A DNA stretch of 64,000 nucleotides, from contig CAVRRE010000016.1 in assembly GCA_963723535.1 (NCBI GenBank), positions 12,503 to 76,502 of the forward strand, read 5' to 3'. The notes under the pieces are model-generated. The model ran no database searches and was not told where the DNA came from. It was given only the letters and a program-made list of their open reading frames with translations. This DNA comes from an uncultured Acidobacteriota bacterium (GTDB lineage: Bacteria > Acidobacteriota > Thermoanaerobaculia > UBA5066 > Gp7-AA6). This document shows, one piece after another, positions 13,643 to 25,132 of the stretch (its first letter is position 1; each line of letters begins with the position of its first letter). A program made the position numbers and the translations under genes.

Positions 13643-14362
13643 TGCATCGCCTGCTTCTCCGGCGTCCCGCCCTCGGGCTCGGGCTTGTGGGCCGGGCCGT
13701 GGCAGTCGAGGCAGGAGTTCTCGTTGGCCATCAGGCTCGGCATGACGTCCTTGTCGTGCTTGGCGACGAAGTTCTGGGCCCCGCCGTGGCACGAGAGACA
13801 GCGCAGGTTCGAGTAGGGCTTCCGGATCTTGATGGGCTTCGGATAGTTGCCCGTCATGTTGTGGTAGACGTGGCCCAGCCCCTCGAGCTTGGCGCTCATC
13901 GTGCCGAACATGCCGTAATCGCTGTGGCACGTGTAGCACTGGTCCGTCTGGATGTAGCGGTTCTTGTAGTGGACCGCGGCGAGCGAGTCGCTCGCGGGAT
14001 TGCGCAGGTCGGCGACGTGCCCCTTCATGACGTGGCAGTCGCCGCACGCGTCGACCGTCATGGACTCCTGCATCCCGTGTCGCCGTGGCGAGAAAGATCA
14101 CGATCGCCGGAAGGACGACGATCGCGCCGAGGAGCAGGGCCTTCGAGGCCGTGGTGATTCCGCGCCGCCGGACCAACTGCCAGATGAAGACGACGAGCGC
14201 GATGTCGAGGACCGCGAGAACGAGGCCGACCCCTCGGATCCACTCGCTCGTCGTGCCGATCCAGCCGTGAGGCGGCGGGACGCCGAAGTCCGACGGGTCC
14301 GTGCCGAGAGCCGCCGCCGCCGTGAGGACGGCGACGGCCGCGGCAACGGCGAAACGACGCAT
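13639..14362 (-). CDS. NapC/NirT-family membrane-anchored tetraheme cytochrome c (CymA/NrfH-like), frameshift near 14075
   Basis: CGDCHVM, CYTCH, CLSCH, CLDCH; N-terminal signal-like segment plus two TM helices. Confidence 0.85.
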
Positions 14363-14649
14363 TACTTCTTGCCCGGGTAGTCCTTCAGCCACGCGCCGTC
14401 GACGGCCTTGGCGCCGCGCTTGTCTTTCTCGGCGACGAGCCACTTGCCGGCATCGTTCAGCTCGTTCTGCCCCTCGCCCTTCTTCGGCAGCGCGACGGTG
14501 TGGCAGGCCTTGCAGTCCTTCGCGTCGACTCCGGCGGCCTTCGCCTCTTTCTGGTTCTCGAGGGTCGCCGACGAGGGCGCCGTGAGAAGCATCCAGCCGC
14601 ACCACGTGAGCGTCACGACAAGGAATCCGAGGCGCGTTCCGGACTTCAT
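14362..14649 (-). CDS. Small periplasmic monoheme cytochrome c
   Basis: RBS AGGAGG; signal peptide; single CKACH; 95 aa, Lys-rich. Confidence 0.8.
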   Translation of the reverse strand: MKSGTRLGFLVVTLTWCGWMLLTAPSSATLENQKEAKAAGVDAKDCKACHTVALPKKGEGQNELNDAGKWLVAEKDKRGAKAVDGAWLKDYPGKK

Positions 14650-14689
14650 CGAGCGCCTCCTCCTGCCCGGCCCGATCGCCGGGCGCGCT

Positions 14690-16676
14690 TCAAGGTCTCC
14701 AGTGCAGGCCCACATAGTAGCGGTTTCCGTTGTAGTCCGCGAGCGGGCCGGCCTGGTCGAAGGCGACGCGCTCGGTGTACTTGTCGTCGAGCCACTCGAA
14801 GGTGGCGCCCGAGGTTCTTCAGGAAGAAGTACTCGGCGAGGACCCGCGCGCGGTCCACGGTGAACGGAATCGAGCCATTGTTGTTCATCCAGAGGTAGGC
14901 GGCGTCGATCGAGAGGTTCTCCCACTGGAAGTGCAGGCCTCCCTCCCAGGTGTGGCCGAACTCCTTCTGCTTGGTCGGGACGATCTCGAAGTCCTGGGGG
15001 ACCCGGATCAGGATCTCGCGGTTGGTCGCGAACTCTCCGCCCGCGCCCCGCAGCGTCAGCATGTTCTTGAAGAGGGAGACCTCGACGTCGGCTACGAACT
15101 CGCGCACCTTCGCCCTGTAGCCGATCTCGACGATGTCGTCGTCGGCATGGGTCTCGGAGAAGACCGCCCCGATCTTCAGGAAATCCTTGTAGGTCCACAG
15201 TCCCCGGAACTTGTAGCGGTCCCGGTTGATGAAGTCGGTCCGGAAGATCGGCTGGTTGGCGTCGTCGTGCCGGTAATCCCCCGTCAGCGTGACGCCGCAC
15301 CAGGAGAAGGTGGCGCCGCCGCCGAACGTGTTGACGGTGCGCTCGAACTCGCCGCCCTGGCCGCCCGGGACGATGATCTCGGAGGCGTCGGGGGTGGCGA
15401 GGACGTCCTGCTGGAGCTGCGACCAGCCGGCGTTGACCGAGAAGGGTCCGAGCATCTGCGCGGTGACGCCGGCGTCGAAGACGACGTCCTGGCGCTCGAC
15501 GGACGGTCCTGGCGTCGATCTGCTGGAGCAGGTCGCCCGCCGGGCACGCCGGCGAAGGTGACCGTGTTGAGATAGAGGCTGGCGATGAGGGCCTGGCCCG
15601 TGAGGGTGCGGCTGTTCTCCGACCAGCCTCCCGCGAGCTGGACCTTGGGCGTGACGTCGAACTCGGCGCGTGCCGACCCCCGCCAGTAGTCCGTCCGGGC
15701 TCGGGAATTCACGGTTTCGCCGAGGCCGGCGAAGAAGCGCGAGATCTCGAAGGAGACGAAGTTGCCGGCGTCCGCCTCGACGTAACGGGTTTCGTTGCTG
15801 CCGTCGGCCTTCATGTACGAGCCGATGAGCTTCAGGCGGCCGAAGAGGCTCCCGGTGACCCAGGCGTTGGTCACCGGCGTGTTGACCTTGTTCTCCTCGA
15901 CGGACACGATCGCGTCCGCCGTGATGTCCTCGCCGAGGATCGGCGTCGTCACGTTCCCGTCGCCCGCTCCCGGCGCGAGGTGTCCGAACCTCGTTCCAGC
16001 GGAAGTAGCGCCAGCCCTGCGTGACCGCCTCCCTGGACGGGGCCGAACTGGAAGCCGAGACCGACACGGTAGAGGTCGTCGGTCGAGCGCACCTGGTCGT
16101 CGAGCTGGAACTCGTTGCCGCCGAGGTGGTACGTCGTCGTGCCGGGCCCGTTGTACGTGTTGCGCGTGAACTGGAGGATGGGACTGATCGCCTTGCCGGG
16201 AAGAAGCTCGCAGCGTCGCGTCGTAGATGTTGCGCGTCCGGTTGTACGTCTGCTGGCCGGGAATGATTCCTTCGGCGAGGAAGGGATTGGCGAACGCCGG
16301 CAACGCGCTGTAGAAATCGGTCTTCCGCCACGTGAACGTCAGCTTGTAGAGATCGACCGCGCCGGCCTGCAGGCGAAGCTGACCTGCGGGGCCGGCGCCG
16401 ATGTCGGAGCCGTCGACGTGGAAATAGTCGAGAAGGCCGCCGCCGAGCGGCTCCGAAGACGTGTAGTTGAAGGAGCGCAGAAGGAGCCCCTGGCGGTCGT
16501 TGATCTGCGTCCGGTACATCTGCTCGTTGCCCGAGACATCCACCCAGCGATAGCCGACCTCGAGATCGATCGGGATCGCCTGCCCGGACAGCGATGCGGC
16601 GGCCGCCGCCCAGCGCGCAGCGCCGCCAGGCGCGAGTCGCAGGAGCCGTCGCGGGTCGCGCGGCCGAGTGCTTCAC
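14690..16676 (-). CDS. Outer-membrane beta-barrel porin, MtrB/PioB-like, frameshifted
   Basis: About 660 aa of amphipathic strands (GYRWVDVSGNEQMYRTQIN...YNGNRYYVGLHWRP*); GTG overlaps the decaheme stop. Confidence 0.8.
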
Positions 16677-17758
16677 TTCAGCAGCTGCGGCGACAGGTTG
16701 GAGCCGTGGACCGCGACGTGGCAGGTGGTGCAGTTGCGGTAACGCGGAAGGGTCAGGTCATGGAACGACGGCGGCTGGGACCCGAACGTGCTCGGCCCGC
16801 CCGGTCTGCGAGTGACAGGACAGGCAGAGCTGCTCCACGCGCGCCCAGAGGAGCTGATTGGGATTGTTGGACCCGTGCGGCTGGTGGCAGGAGAGGCAGT
16901 TGCCGCCCGAGCCCGTGACGTGATCGAAGACGAAGGGCCCGCGCATCTCCGAGTGGCAGTTCATGCAGGGCAGCTCTCCCTGCGTCGTCATCTTGACGAC
17001 TTCGCCCTGTTTGGCGTGGGGCGAGTGGCAGTCGAGACAGGTCATCCCGCCGCGGTCGAGGCGGTGCGCGTAGGGCTTGTTCTGGAACGAGGCGGTCTGC
17101 GTCGTGTGGCAGGTGGCGCAGAGCTCGCCGGGCGTCTTCGCGAGCAGGCGTGCTCTTCGGGGCGGAGGCGTGCATCGAGTGGCACGTCAGGCAGTTCACG
17201 GCGGCCGAGTTGGCGTGCACGCCGTGGGTGAACGAGTCCTGCGTTCCCTTCGAGAAGGAGTCCTGCCCTCCGGTCGAAAAGGCCTTGATGCTCGTCGTGG
17301 CAGGCGAGGCAGTCCTGCGACCCCGTGGCTCCCTTCATCGTCGAGATGAGGGTGCGTCTCCCCGCTGACTCGATGTGCTTCGTGCCGTCGCCGTGGCAGG
17401 TCGAGCACATGTCCTCGGGGTCGGGCTTCTTGCCCTTTCCCGAGTAGCGGGCGTGCGGGTTTTTGGCCAAGGCCGCGACGAGGTCGGTGTGGCAGTCCCC
17501 GCACTTCGGCAGCTCCGAGGCGGCTTCGGCCGTCGGTGTCTCGGCGGCTTCGGCCTTCGGTGTCTCGGCCGCCTCGGCCTTCGGAGCCGCGGTCGGCGCG
17601 GGCGCGCCGGCCTTCGGAGCCGCGGTCGTCGCGGGAGGGGGCGGCGGTGTCGGCGTCGCCGTCGGGTCCGGCGCGCGGCTCCCCGCAATGGCGAGCGTCG
17701 CGAGTGCCGTCGCGAGCACGGTCAGAGCGAATGCCAGGGACGCGGGGCCCCTTCTCAC
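16673..17758 (-). CDS. DmsE/MtrA-family periplasmic decaheme cytochrome c, frameshifted
   Basis: Ten CxxCH: CGDCH, CSTCH, CLACH, CLTCH, CATCH, CLDCH, CMNCH, CLSCH, CLSCH, CTTCH; also GPFVFDH, PHGS, VHGSN motifs. Confidence 0.9.
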
Positions 17759-17820
17759 ACCCTCACTCCTACCTCCACACAGGGCGGGAGCGTCCCCGCC
17801 CGACGCTCACGACGAAACGG

Positions 17821-19871
17821 CTACTCGGCGTGGACCTTGTCGACCGAGAACTCGGCGTTGGGTCCGTGACACGACGCGCACGCCTCGCCGAAGGGCGCCG
17901 TGTTCACGAAGGCGTGCGCCGCCGCGGACTGCGAGTCGTGGCAGCCCAGGCATGCGGCCGCCGTCGGCAGCTGCGGCGTGTACCAGTCGTTCGGCGTCTG
18001 GGTCGGGAGCCGGCCCGCCGGCATGTTCTCGAGCACCTGCTGCGTGCCGTCCACGTGGCACGTCAGGCAGTCTCGCAGGTCGCCCGGGAAGCGCAGATGG
18101 TTGAAGTCGAGGTAGGGCTGCGTCAGGTCCTCGCCCCGGTGAAGGCGGTGGATCATCCGCTTGAAGTCGAGCGATACCGACGGCTCGTCACCGCTGGTGA
18201 AGTTGGGGTTGTGGCACATCACGCATTCCTGCGGGTTGAGGCGCTGGCCCCCGTGGAAGGCGAGCTGGCCGTGGCACGTGTTGCAGTTCGCGATGTCCAC
18301 CACCATGCGGCGCGGGTCCGCCGGCCGCCCCCGAGGTCCTCGTAGTGCATCGGGTTGAACGCCGCCTCGCGGATCGTGTCGTCGCCCGGCGGGAGATACT
18401 CGACGGCCACGTCGCGGCGCGCCTCGATCGAGAACGCCCAGGTGCCCGTCGCGTCGGCGGGAATGGCAGTGCTGAACGTGTAGACGAAGGCTCGTGCCGT
18501 TGGAGCGTGGCGCCGTTGGCAGGCTCGCGGTACGGGTTGATCGCGTAGTCGGCCGTCGGCCCGCCCATCAGGATGTTGAGGTTGCTGCCGCCGGAGTCGG
18601 TCGTGAAGGCGGCGGGCGGCACCGGCGTCCCGTCGTTCTCGGTGATGCGGAAGGTCGACCGTGGGGTGCTGGCCCGGCGCGGCGTTCGACGACCGACACG
18701 ATCTCGGCGTTCAGGCCCTTCAGCTGCGTCGACTTGTAGGGCACCGTGTGCGCCCCGATGACCGACGCGTCAAATTCGCGGGAGCCCTGACCGGCTGGTG
18801 GCAGGAGGCGCACGCGGAGTCGTCGGCCTGCGGGCCCGCGGGATGGTTCGCGCCCGTGACCCAGTCGATGTCGTCGTGGCAGGAGGCGCAGGCCGCGCGG
18901 GCGGGATACGTGAACCAGACGTTCGACTGCGTCGCCTCGGGCGTGTGGCAGCGGACGCAGTTCCGGATGTCCTGCGGGAAGACGACGTTCGAGAAGTCGT
19001 GGACCGACTGGTTGTTGCCGATGATGATGTACGGCGTTCCCGCCTCGACGCTCGGCAGGGAGGCGCCGCGGTGGATCTTGTGGACCATCACCTTCATGTC
19101 GACCGTGTTCCCCGTGTCCGGGTCGACCGTCTGCGGCTGGTGGCACGTGACGCAGAGCTTGACCTCCTGCCGGGAGCCGCCGTGCGCGGACAGGAGATCG
19201 TGGCACTCGTTGCAGGCGGCGTTCGTCGTCTTGTCCCAGGTCTCGGTGACGTGCTTGACCGTCGGGACGGAAGTCGTGCTCGAGGTTGTCGTAGTAGTTC
19301 TTGCCGATGAAGTCGTCCGTGTTGCGGGTGGCGTAGATCGCGAGCGTGTGCGTCTTCGTGACGTCGTATCCGGCCGGGAGCTCCGTCTTGAACTTGTACG
19401 TCGAGTGGCCGACCTCGAGGTCGGTCCAGGTCCCGCCGGAGTCGGCCGCGGCCTGGATGGCCGAGTTGCCGTTGATGGGGCTCGTCTGCACCCGCGTCGT
19501 GTAGGCGGTGTAGTGACGCGCGTCCGCGTCCCACCACGCGAGGACCTGGTTGATGCTGAGCGATCCCGGGCGTCGAACTCGCCGTTGCGATCGAGGGGCT
19601 GCTGGAAGTCGTCGGTGAAGGAGTAGTCCACGAGCGGCCGCCGATCTTCGGGGATCGTGATGCTGTTGAGCGTGATGTGGAAGCCGGGGCGGATGAAGCC
19701 GAGCTCGTCGGCCTTCATGTAGTACTCGCGGACGTTTTTCTCGTAATAGGCTGATCCGTCGCCGCCGAACCGCGTGCCCACCGTCTGCGTCAGACGCGGG
19801 TTGACCGTCGGCACAACGACGAGCGAACCCGCCGCCATCGCCAGAACGAGTCGCCCGCGCAGGTCTCTCAT
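17821..19871 (-). CDS. OmcA/MtrC-family decaheme cytochrome c, frameshifted
   Basis: Two pentaheme blocks (CNECH, CVTCH, CVRCH, CASCH, CASCH / CNTCH, CVMCH, CLTCH, CLGCH, CASCH), each preceded by a heme-free domain; AHGGSR, MVHKIH, FHGGQR, MIHRLH. Confidence 0.9.
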
Positions 19872-19895
19872 GGCGGATCTCTCCCGCGAGTCGAG

Positions 19896-20552
19896 CTACC
19901 CAAGACCGCTGCGACGGAGCCTACCTCCTTGTTGGCGGGCCCTGCAAGCATCATCGCCGTCGCACGAGCGATTCGGTGCGACTTGCGTCCTTTCGACACG
20001 GCCAGGGCCTGGCCGGATACCTCGAGAGGACAAGACAGACGTACCGGCGGAGGACAGTCGATCGGGAACTCGCGGATCAAACCGAGCCTGTCGGGTCCTT
20101 CGTCTTTTCGCGAGAAGCCGGACGTAGCGTCCGACGAGGAGTGCGGTGGGATAGAGGACCTCTTCTTCGAGCTGCGCATGACGGATCAGCCGCTGGGCGA
20201 ACGCCGCGTAGCCCGGATGCTGCTCCCGGGTCGCCGCCTGCAGCAGCCTCCGCAGGCCGTCGACGATGAGATCGTGCTCTTCGAGCATCCGCGGCAGCAC
20301 GGTTTCCAGAGTGTCGGTCTTGCGAAGGATCGCGCTCATCGACGGCTCGAACTCGCCGCGGGCAAGCGCGGGGATAAGCGCGAGAGGAGGGATCGCGAAC
20401 TCCGCCTCGAGCAGCAGGTGAGGGAACAGAACGTTCATGACCGCGGTCGCCGCCTCGGCCGTCTCTCCTCCCGCCTGCGTCGCCGCTTGCAGCTCGGCAT
20501 GGAGCCGCGCATGTTCTTCCGGAATGGATTCGGCGGGACCTCGCACATTCAT
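19896..20552 (-). CDS. Hemerythrin/HHE cation-binding domain protein (true 3' end may be near 20100)
   Basis: EEHARLH, PHLLLEAEF, EEHDLI, HAQLEEEVLYP helical motifs. Confidence 0.7.
   Translation of the reverse strand: MNVRGPAESIPEEHARLHAELQAATQAGGETAEAATAVMNVLFPHLLLEAEFAIPPLALIPALARGEFEPSMSAILRKTDTLETVLPRMLEEHDLIVDGLRRLLQAATREQHPGYAAFAQRLIRHAQLEEEVLYPTALLVGRYVRLLAKRRRTRQARFDPRVPDRLSSAGTSVLSSRGIRPGPGRVERTQVAPNRSCDGDDACRARQQGGRLRRSGLG
19943..19959 (-). promoter_or_regulatory. Possible sigma-54 (-24/-12) promoter for the cytochrome operon
   Basis: CGGCGATGATGCTTGCA versus consensus TGGCACG-N4-TTGC; GG-GC spacing is 11 nt rather than 10. Confidence 0.3.
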
Positions 20553-20650
20553 GAGCACCCTCCCCCGACGGCAACGTGTACTGCTACAGAAACTGCCCCG
20601 GTCGCCTACCAGGCCCGGGAGATGCCCCAGGATCCGCGTCCCGCGCGGAG

Positions 20651-22771
20651 CTAAAAGGCCGCGACCTTGTCGAGCGCCTTCCGCACGTGGGACGGCTGCG
20701 GAAGGATGAAGTCCTCCACCCGGGGTTGATAGGCGACGAACGTGTCCGTGGCCGCGACGCGCTCGACCGGCGCATCGAGCTCCGAAAACAGCTCGGAAGA
20801 GATTCGGGCGGCGATCTCGGCGCCGAAGCCCCAGGAGAGCGGGTCCTCGTAGACGACGATCGCGCGCGAGGTCTTCGTCACCGACTTCGCGATGCCCTCC
20901 CAGTCGTACGGCGAGAGCGTCCGCAGATCCAGGATCTCGACGGTCTTTCCGGTCTCCTCGGTGAAGGCCTTCGCGGCCTGCCATGAGCGGTACACCGTCG
21001 CCCCGTAGGTCACGATCGTGATGTCGGCGCCTTCCTGGACGACGGACGCCTTGCCGAACGGAACCATGTAGTCGGGTCCGGGATACACGCCCTTGTTGTG
21101 CGTCTGGCGGTAGAGGTGCTTGTGCTCCATGAAGATGACGGGGTCGTCGCAGCGGATCGCGGTGCGGAGCAGCCCGTTCGCGTCCAGGGCGTTCGAGGGC
21201 ATCACGACCCGGAGCCCCGGGTTGTGCGTCATGAGCACGGCGCCGGACTGCGAGTGGTAGACCGCACCGCCCCCGATGTAACCGCCCGCCGCGACGCGGA
21301 CGACCACGGGGCAGGTGAACGCGTTGCCCGAGCGCCAGCGCAGATTCGAGAGCTCGTTTCGGATCTGCATGTAGGCCGGCCAGATGTAGTCGAAGAACTG
21401 GATCTCGACGACCGGCTTCAGCCCGCGCACCGCCATGCCGATCGCCCGGCCGATGATGTTGGCCTCGGCGAGGGGCGAGTTGAAGACCCGGTTCGCGCCG
21501 TAGAGGCGCTGCAGGCCGGCGGTCACCTTGAAGACGCCGCCCTTGCCCTTGCACTCGTCGAGGACGGCGTCGCGCGAGGCGTCCGCGACGTCCTCGCCGA
21601 AGAGGACGATCTTCGGATTCGCCTTCATCTCGTCCTTGAGGCAGGCGTTGATGAGGTCGACCATCGTCGTCGGCTGCGCGCCCTCCGCATACACCGGAGC
21701 CGTCGAGAACTGCGCGGAGGTCGGGTCGACGTCGGGCGAGTAGACGAAATCGTAGGCGGACTCGGGCTCCGGAATCTCGGCGGCGAGCGCGCGATCCGCG
21801 GCCTCGGTGATTTCGGCGTCGACCTCGGCGTGGAGGCGCTCGAGGTCCTTCTCGCCGAGGATGCCTTCCGTCACGAGAAAGCGCGACAGCCGCGTCATCG
21901 GATCCCGCCCGGCCTCGAGCTCGCGCTCCGCCTTCGGACGGTAGAGCGCCTCGTCGTCGGAGAGCGAGTGGCTGTACGGCCGGATGACCTTCGCGTGGAC
22001 GAAGGCCGGGCCCAGGCGCTTGCGACAGTACTCGGCGGCATACCGCATCGCGTCGTAGGTCTCGAGGAAATCCGTTCCGTCGACCTCCGCCACGAAGAGG
22101 TTCGGGAAGCTGCGGACGAGCTTGGAGATCGAGCCTCCGGGAACGTTCACCTCGACCGGCACCGAGATCGCGTAGCCGTTGTCCTGGATCACGAAGAGCA
22201 CCGGCAGCTTCAGATTGCTCGCCGAAGAGAGGGCCTCCCAGAACTCCCCTTCGGAAGTCTGTCCTTCGCCCCCCGAGACGTAAGCGACCTCATCCTTGGA
22301 AAAGGAGGCCCCCTCCCCGGCGAGCTCGGGAATGCGGCTCATCCTCCAGCCGCCCTCGGCGGCGCCGACCGCGTGCAGGAACTGCGTTCCCGTGCACGAG
22401 GACTTGGAGATGACGTTCAGCCGCTTGGATCCCCAGTGGGCCGGCATCTGGCGCCCGGCGGAGGCCGGATCGTCCTTCGCGCCGACGGACTGGAGGAACA
22501 TCTCGTAAGGCGTCAGTCCCAGCTGGAGGATGAGCGCCCGGTCGCGGTAGTAGCAGTCGAACCAGTCGTAGCCGGGTTTGAGGACCATCCCGGCCGCGGT
22601 TCCGACGGCCTCGTGGCCGACGCTGTTGATCTGGAAATAGATCTTGTTCTGCCGCTTGAGCTGGATCTCTTTGTCGTCGAACTTGCGGGAAAGATAGATG
22701 TTGCGGTACGCGGCGACCAGCGACTGGGGGTCGAGGCCACGGTATTTCTCGGTTCGGACCTCGGTCGCCAT
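20651..22771 (-). CDS. 2-oxoacid (branched-chain-type) dehydrogenase E1, fused alpha+beta
   Basis: YYRDR, GRQMPAH, GEG..N TPP motif, SHSLSDD, FGEDVA, EIQFFDY, YHSQS, EHKHLYR; intact frame. Confidence 0.92.
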   Translation of the reverse strand: MATEVRTEKYRGLDPQSLVAAYRNIYLSRKFDDKEIQLKRQNKIYFQINSVGHEAVGTAAGMVLKPGYDWFDCYYRDRALILQLGLTPYEMFLQSVGAKDDPASAGRQMPAHWGSKRLNVISKSSCTGTQFLHAVGAAEGGWRMSRIPELAGEGASFSKDEVAYVSGGEGQTSEGEFWEALSSASNLKLPVLFVIQDNGYAISVPVEVNVPGGSISKLVRSFPNLFVAEVDGTDFLETYDAMRYAAEYCRKRLGPAFVHAKVIRPYSHSLSDDEALYRPKAERELEAGRDPMTRLSRFLVTEGILGEKDLERLHAEVDAEITEAADRALAAEIPEPESAYDFVYSPDVDPTSAQFSTAPVYAEGAQPTTMVDLINACLKDEMKANPKIVLFGEDVADASRDAVLDECKGKGGVFKVTAGLQRLYGANRVFNSPLAEANIIGRAIGMAVRGLKPVVEIQFFDYIWPAYMQIRNELSNLRWRSGNAFTCPVVVRVAAGGYIGGGAVYHSQSGAVLMTHNPGLRVVMPSNALDANGLLRTAIRCDDPVIFMEHKHLYRQTHNKGVYPGPDYMVPFGKASVVQEGADITIVTYGATVYRSWQAAKAFTEETGKTVEILDLRTLSPYDWEGIAKSVTKTSRAIVVYEDPLSWGFGAEIAARISSELFSELDAPVERVAATDTFVAYQPRVEDFILPQPSHVRKALDKVAAF

Positions 22772-22854
22772 CACGCCTCCGGCGGCGAATATACCAAAGG
22801 GGTTTTGGGGAGCCGACGGACGAGAGGCGGGAGATACCGGCGGGACGGGAAGAC

Positions 22855-22965
22855 CTAGAAAAGGCGCACGAACCCCCAGAGCTCGAGGGCCGCAAGCCCG
22901 AGCGTCACGACGAGGAACAGAACGGCTTTCAGGTCCAGCCTGGGTTGCGGATGCAAGTCTTCCAT
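22855..22965 (-). CDS. Possible 36-aa single-TM small protein
   Basis: [36 protein letters not shown]; weak RBS GAAAGG. Confidence 0.35.
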   Translation of the reverse strand: MEDLHPQPRLDLKAVLFLVVTLGLAALELWGFVRLF

Positions 22966-23065
22966 AGAGCGGCCTTTCGGATAGCAGAACCCATGCCACC
23001 GATGGAAGTTACGAGCGGCGGGGGTGAAACGTTTACGTTTCGTCCTTGCTATGCTCGGTAGTCCT

Positions 23066-24068
<1,003 letters not shown>

Positions 24069-24268
24069 GCCGTCACGTACGCAGCCGCCCTCACAGCGGC
24101 GCGCCCCTGGCGGGCGCCCCGCTCATGGCGCGAATCACGACGCGGCACGCGCATCGATGCGGTGCGAGGGGGCGCGGCGCGGCCCGCCACAGCCCGCGCC
24201 CCTAGGGCGCCCCGGGCGTGCCCCGGACGTGAAACGCCTATAACCGAGTGGGGATATCCTCCGCCGCG

Positions 24269-25132
24269 ATGGAGGCGCTTTCCGGCGAGGCCCTCGACGC
24301 GCTCTTGCGCGGCTTCCTCGCGGAGGACATCGGCCGTTCCGACGTCACGACCGAGGCGACGGTGCCGCGGGGCGCCACGGCCGAGGGTGAGCTCGTCGCG
24401 AAATCGGAGTGCGTCGTCTCGGGCCTTCCCGTCGCCCGCCGCGTCTTCGAGCTCCTCGACCCGGGCCTCGCGTGGTCGCACGAAGCGCCGGCCGGCTCCG
24501 CCGTTTCGCCGCCGGCCGTACTCGGGCGGCTCGCGGGCCGCGCGCGGTCGATCCTGACGGCCGAGCGCGTCGCCCTGAACCTGCTCCAGCGCATGTGCGG
24601 GATCGCGACGCAGACGCGCCGTTTCGTGGACGCGGTCGCGGGCACGGGCTGCGCGATCCTCGACACGCGCAAGACGGCGCCCGGGCTGAGGCCGTTCGAC
24701 CGGCAGGCCGTGCGCGACGGCGGCGGCCGCAACCACCGGTACGATCTGACGGAGATGATCCTCATCAAGGACAACCATCGGCGGCTGGCCGGCGGCGTCG
24801 CGCAGGCGGTCGCCGCGGCGCGGGCCTCGGCTCCGGAGGGAACGCCGATCGAAGTGGAGATCGAGTCGGAGAAGGACCTCTCCGACGCGCTCGCCGCCGG
24901 CGCCGAGCGAATTCTGATCGACAACCAGCCTCCCGACATCGTCGCCCGCTGGTGCGCGGCGGCGAAGACGGCGAGCCGCACCGGCCGTCCCATCTTCGTC
25001 GAGGCCTCGGGCAACATGAGCCTGGAGACCGTCCGGGCCTACGCCCTCACCGGCGTCGACGCCGTGTCGGTGGGTTCCCTGACCCATTCCGTCACGGCCG
25101 CGGACGTCTCGCTGGAGCTCTCGCCGAAATGA
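24269..25132 (+). CDS. nadC: Nicotinate-nucleotide pyrophosphorylase (carboxylating)
   Basis: AERVALN, DTRKTAPG, NHR, LIKDNH, EASG, LTHS. Confidence 0.95.
   Translation: MEALSGEALDALLRGFLAEDIGRSDVTTEATVPRGATAEGELVAKSECVVSGLPVARRVFELLDPGLAWSHEAPAGSAVSPPAVLGRLAGRARSILTAERVALNLLQRMCGIATQTRRFVDAVAGTGCAILDTRKTAPGLRPFDRQAVRDGGGRNHRYDLTEMILIKDNHRRLAGGVAQAVAAARASAPEGTPIEVEIESEKDLSDALAAGAERILIDNQPPDIVARWCAAAKTASRTGRPIFVEASGNMSLETVRAYALTGVDAVSVGSLTHSVTAADVSLELSPK

Noticed and set aside
20651-22771. E1 alpha-beta fusion without adjacent E2/E3 as a novelty
   Set aside because: Fused E1 genes with dispersed partners are common in several phyla.
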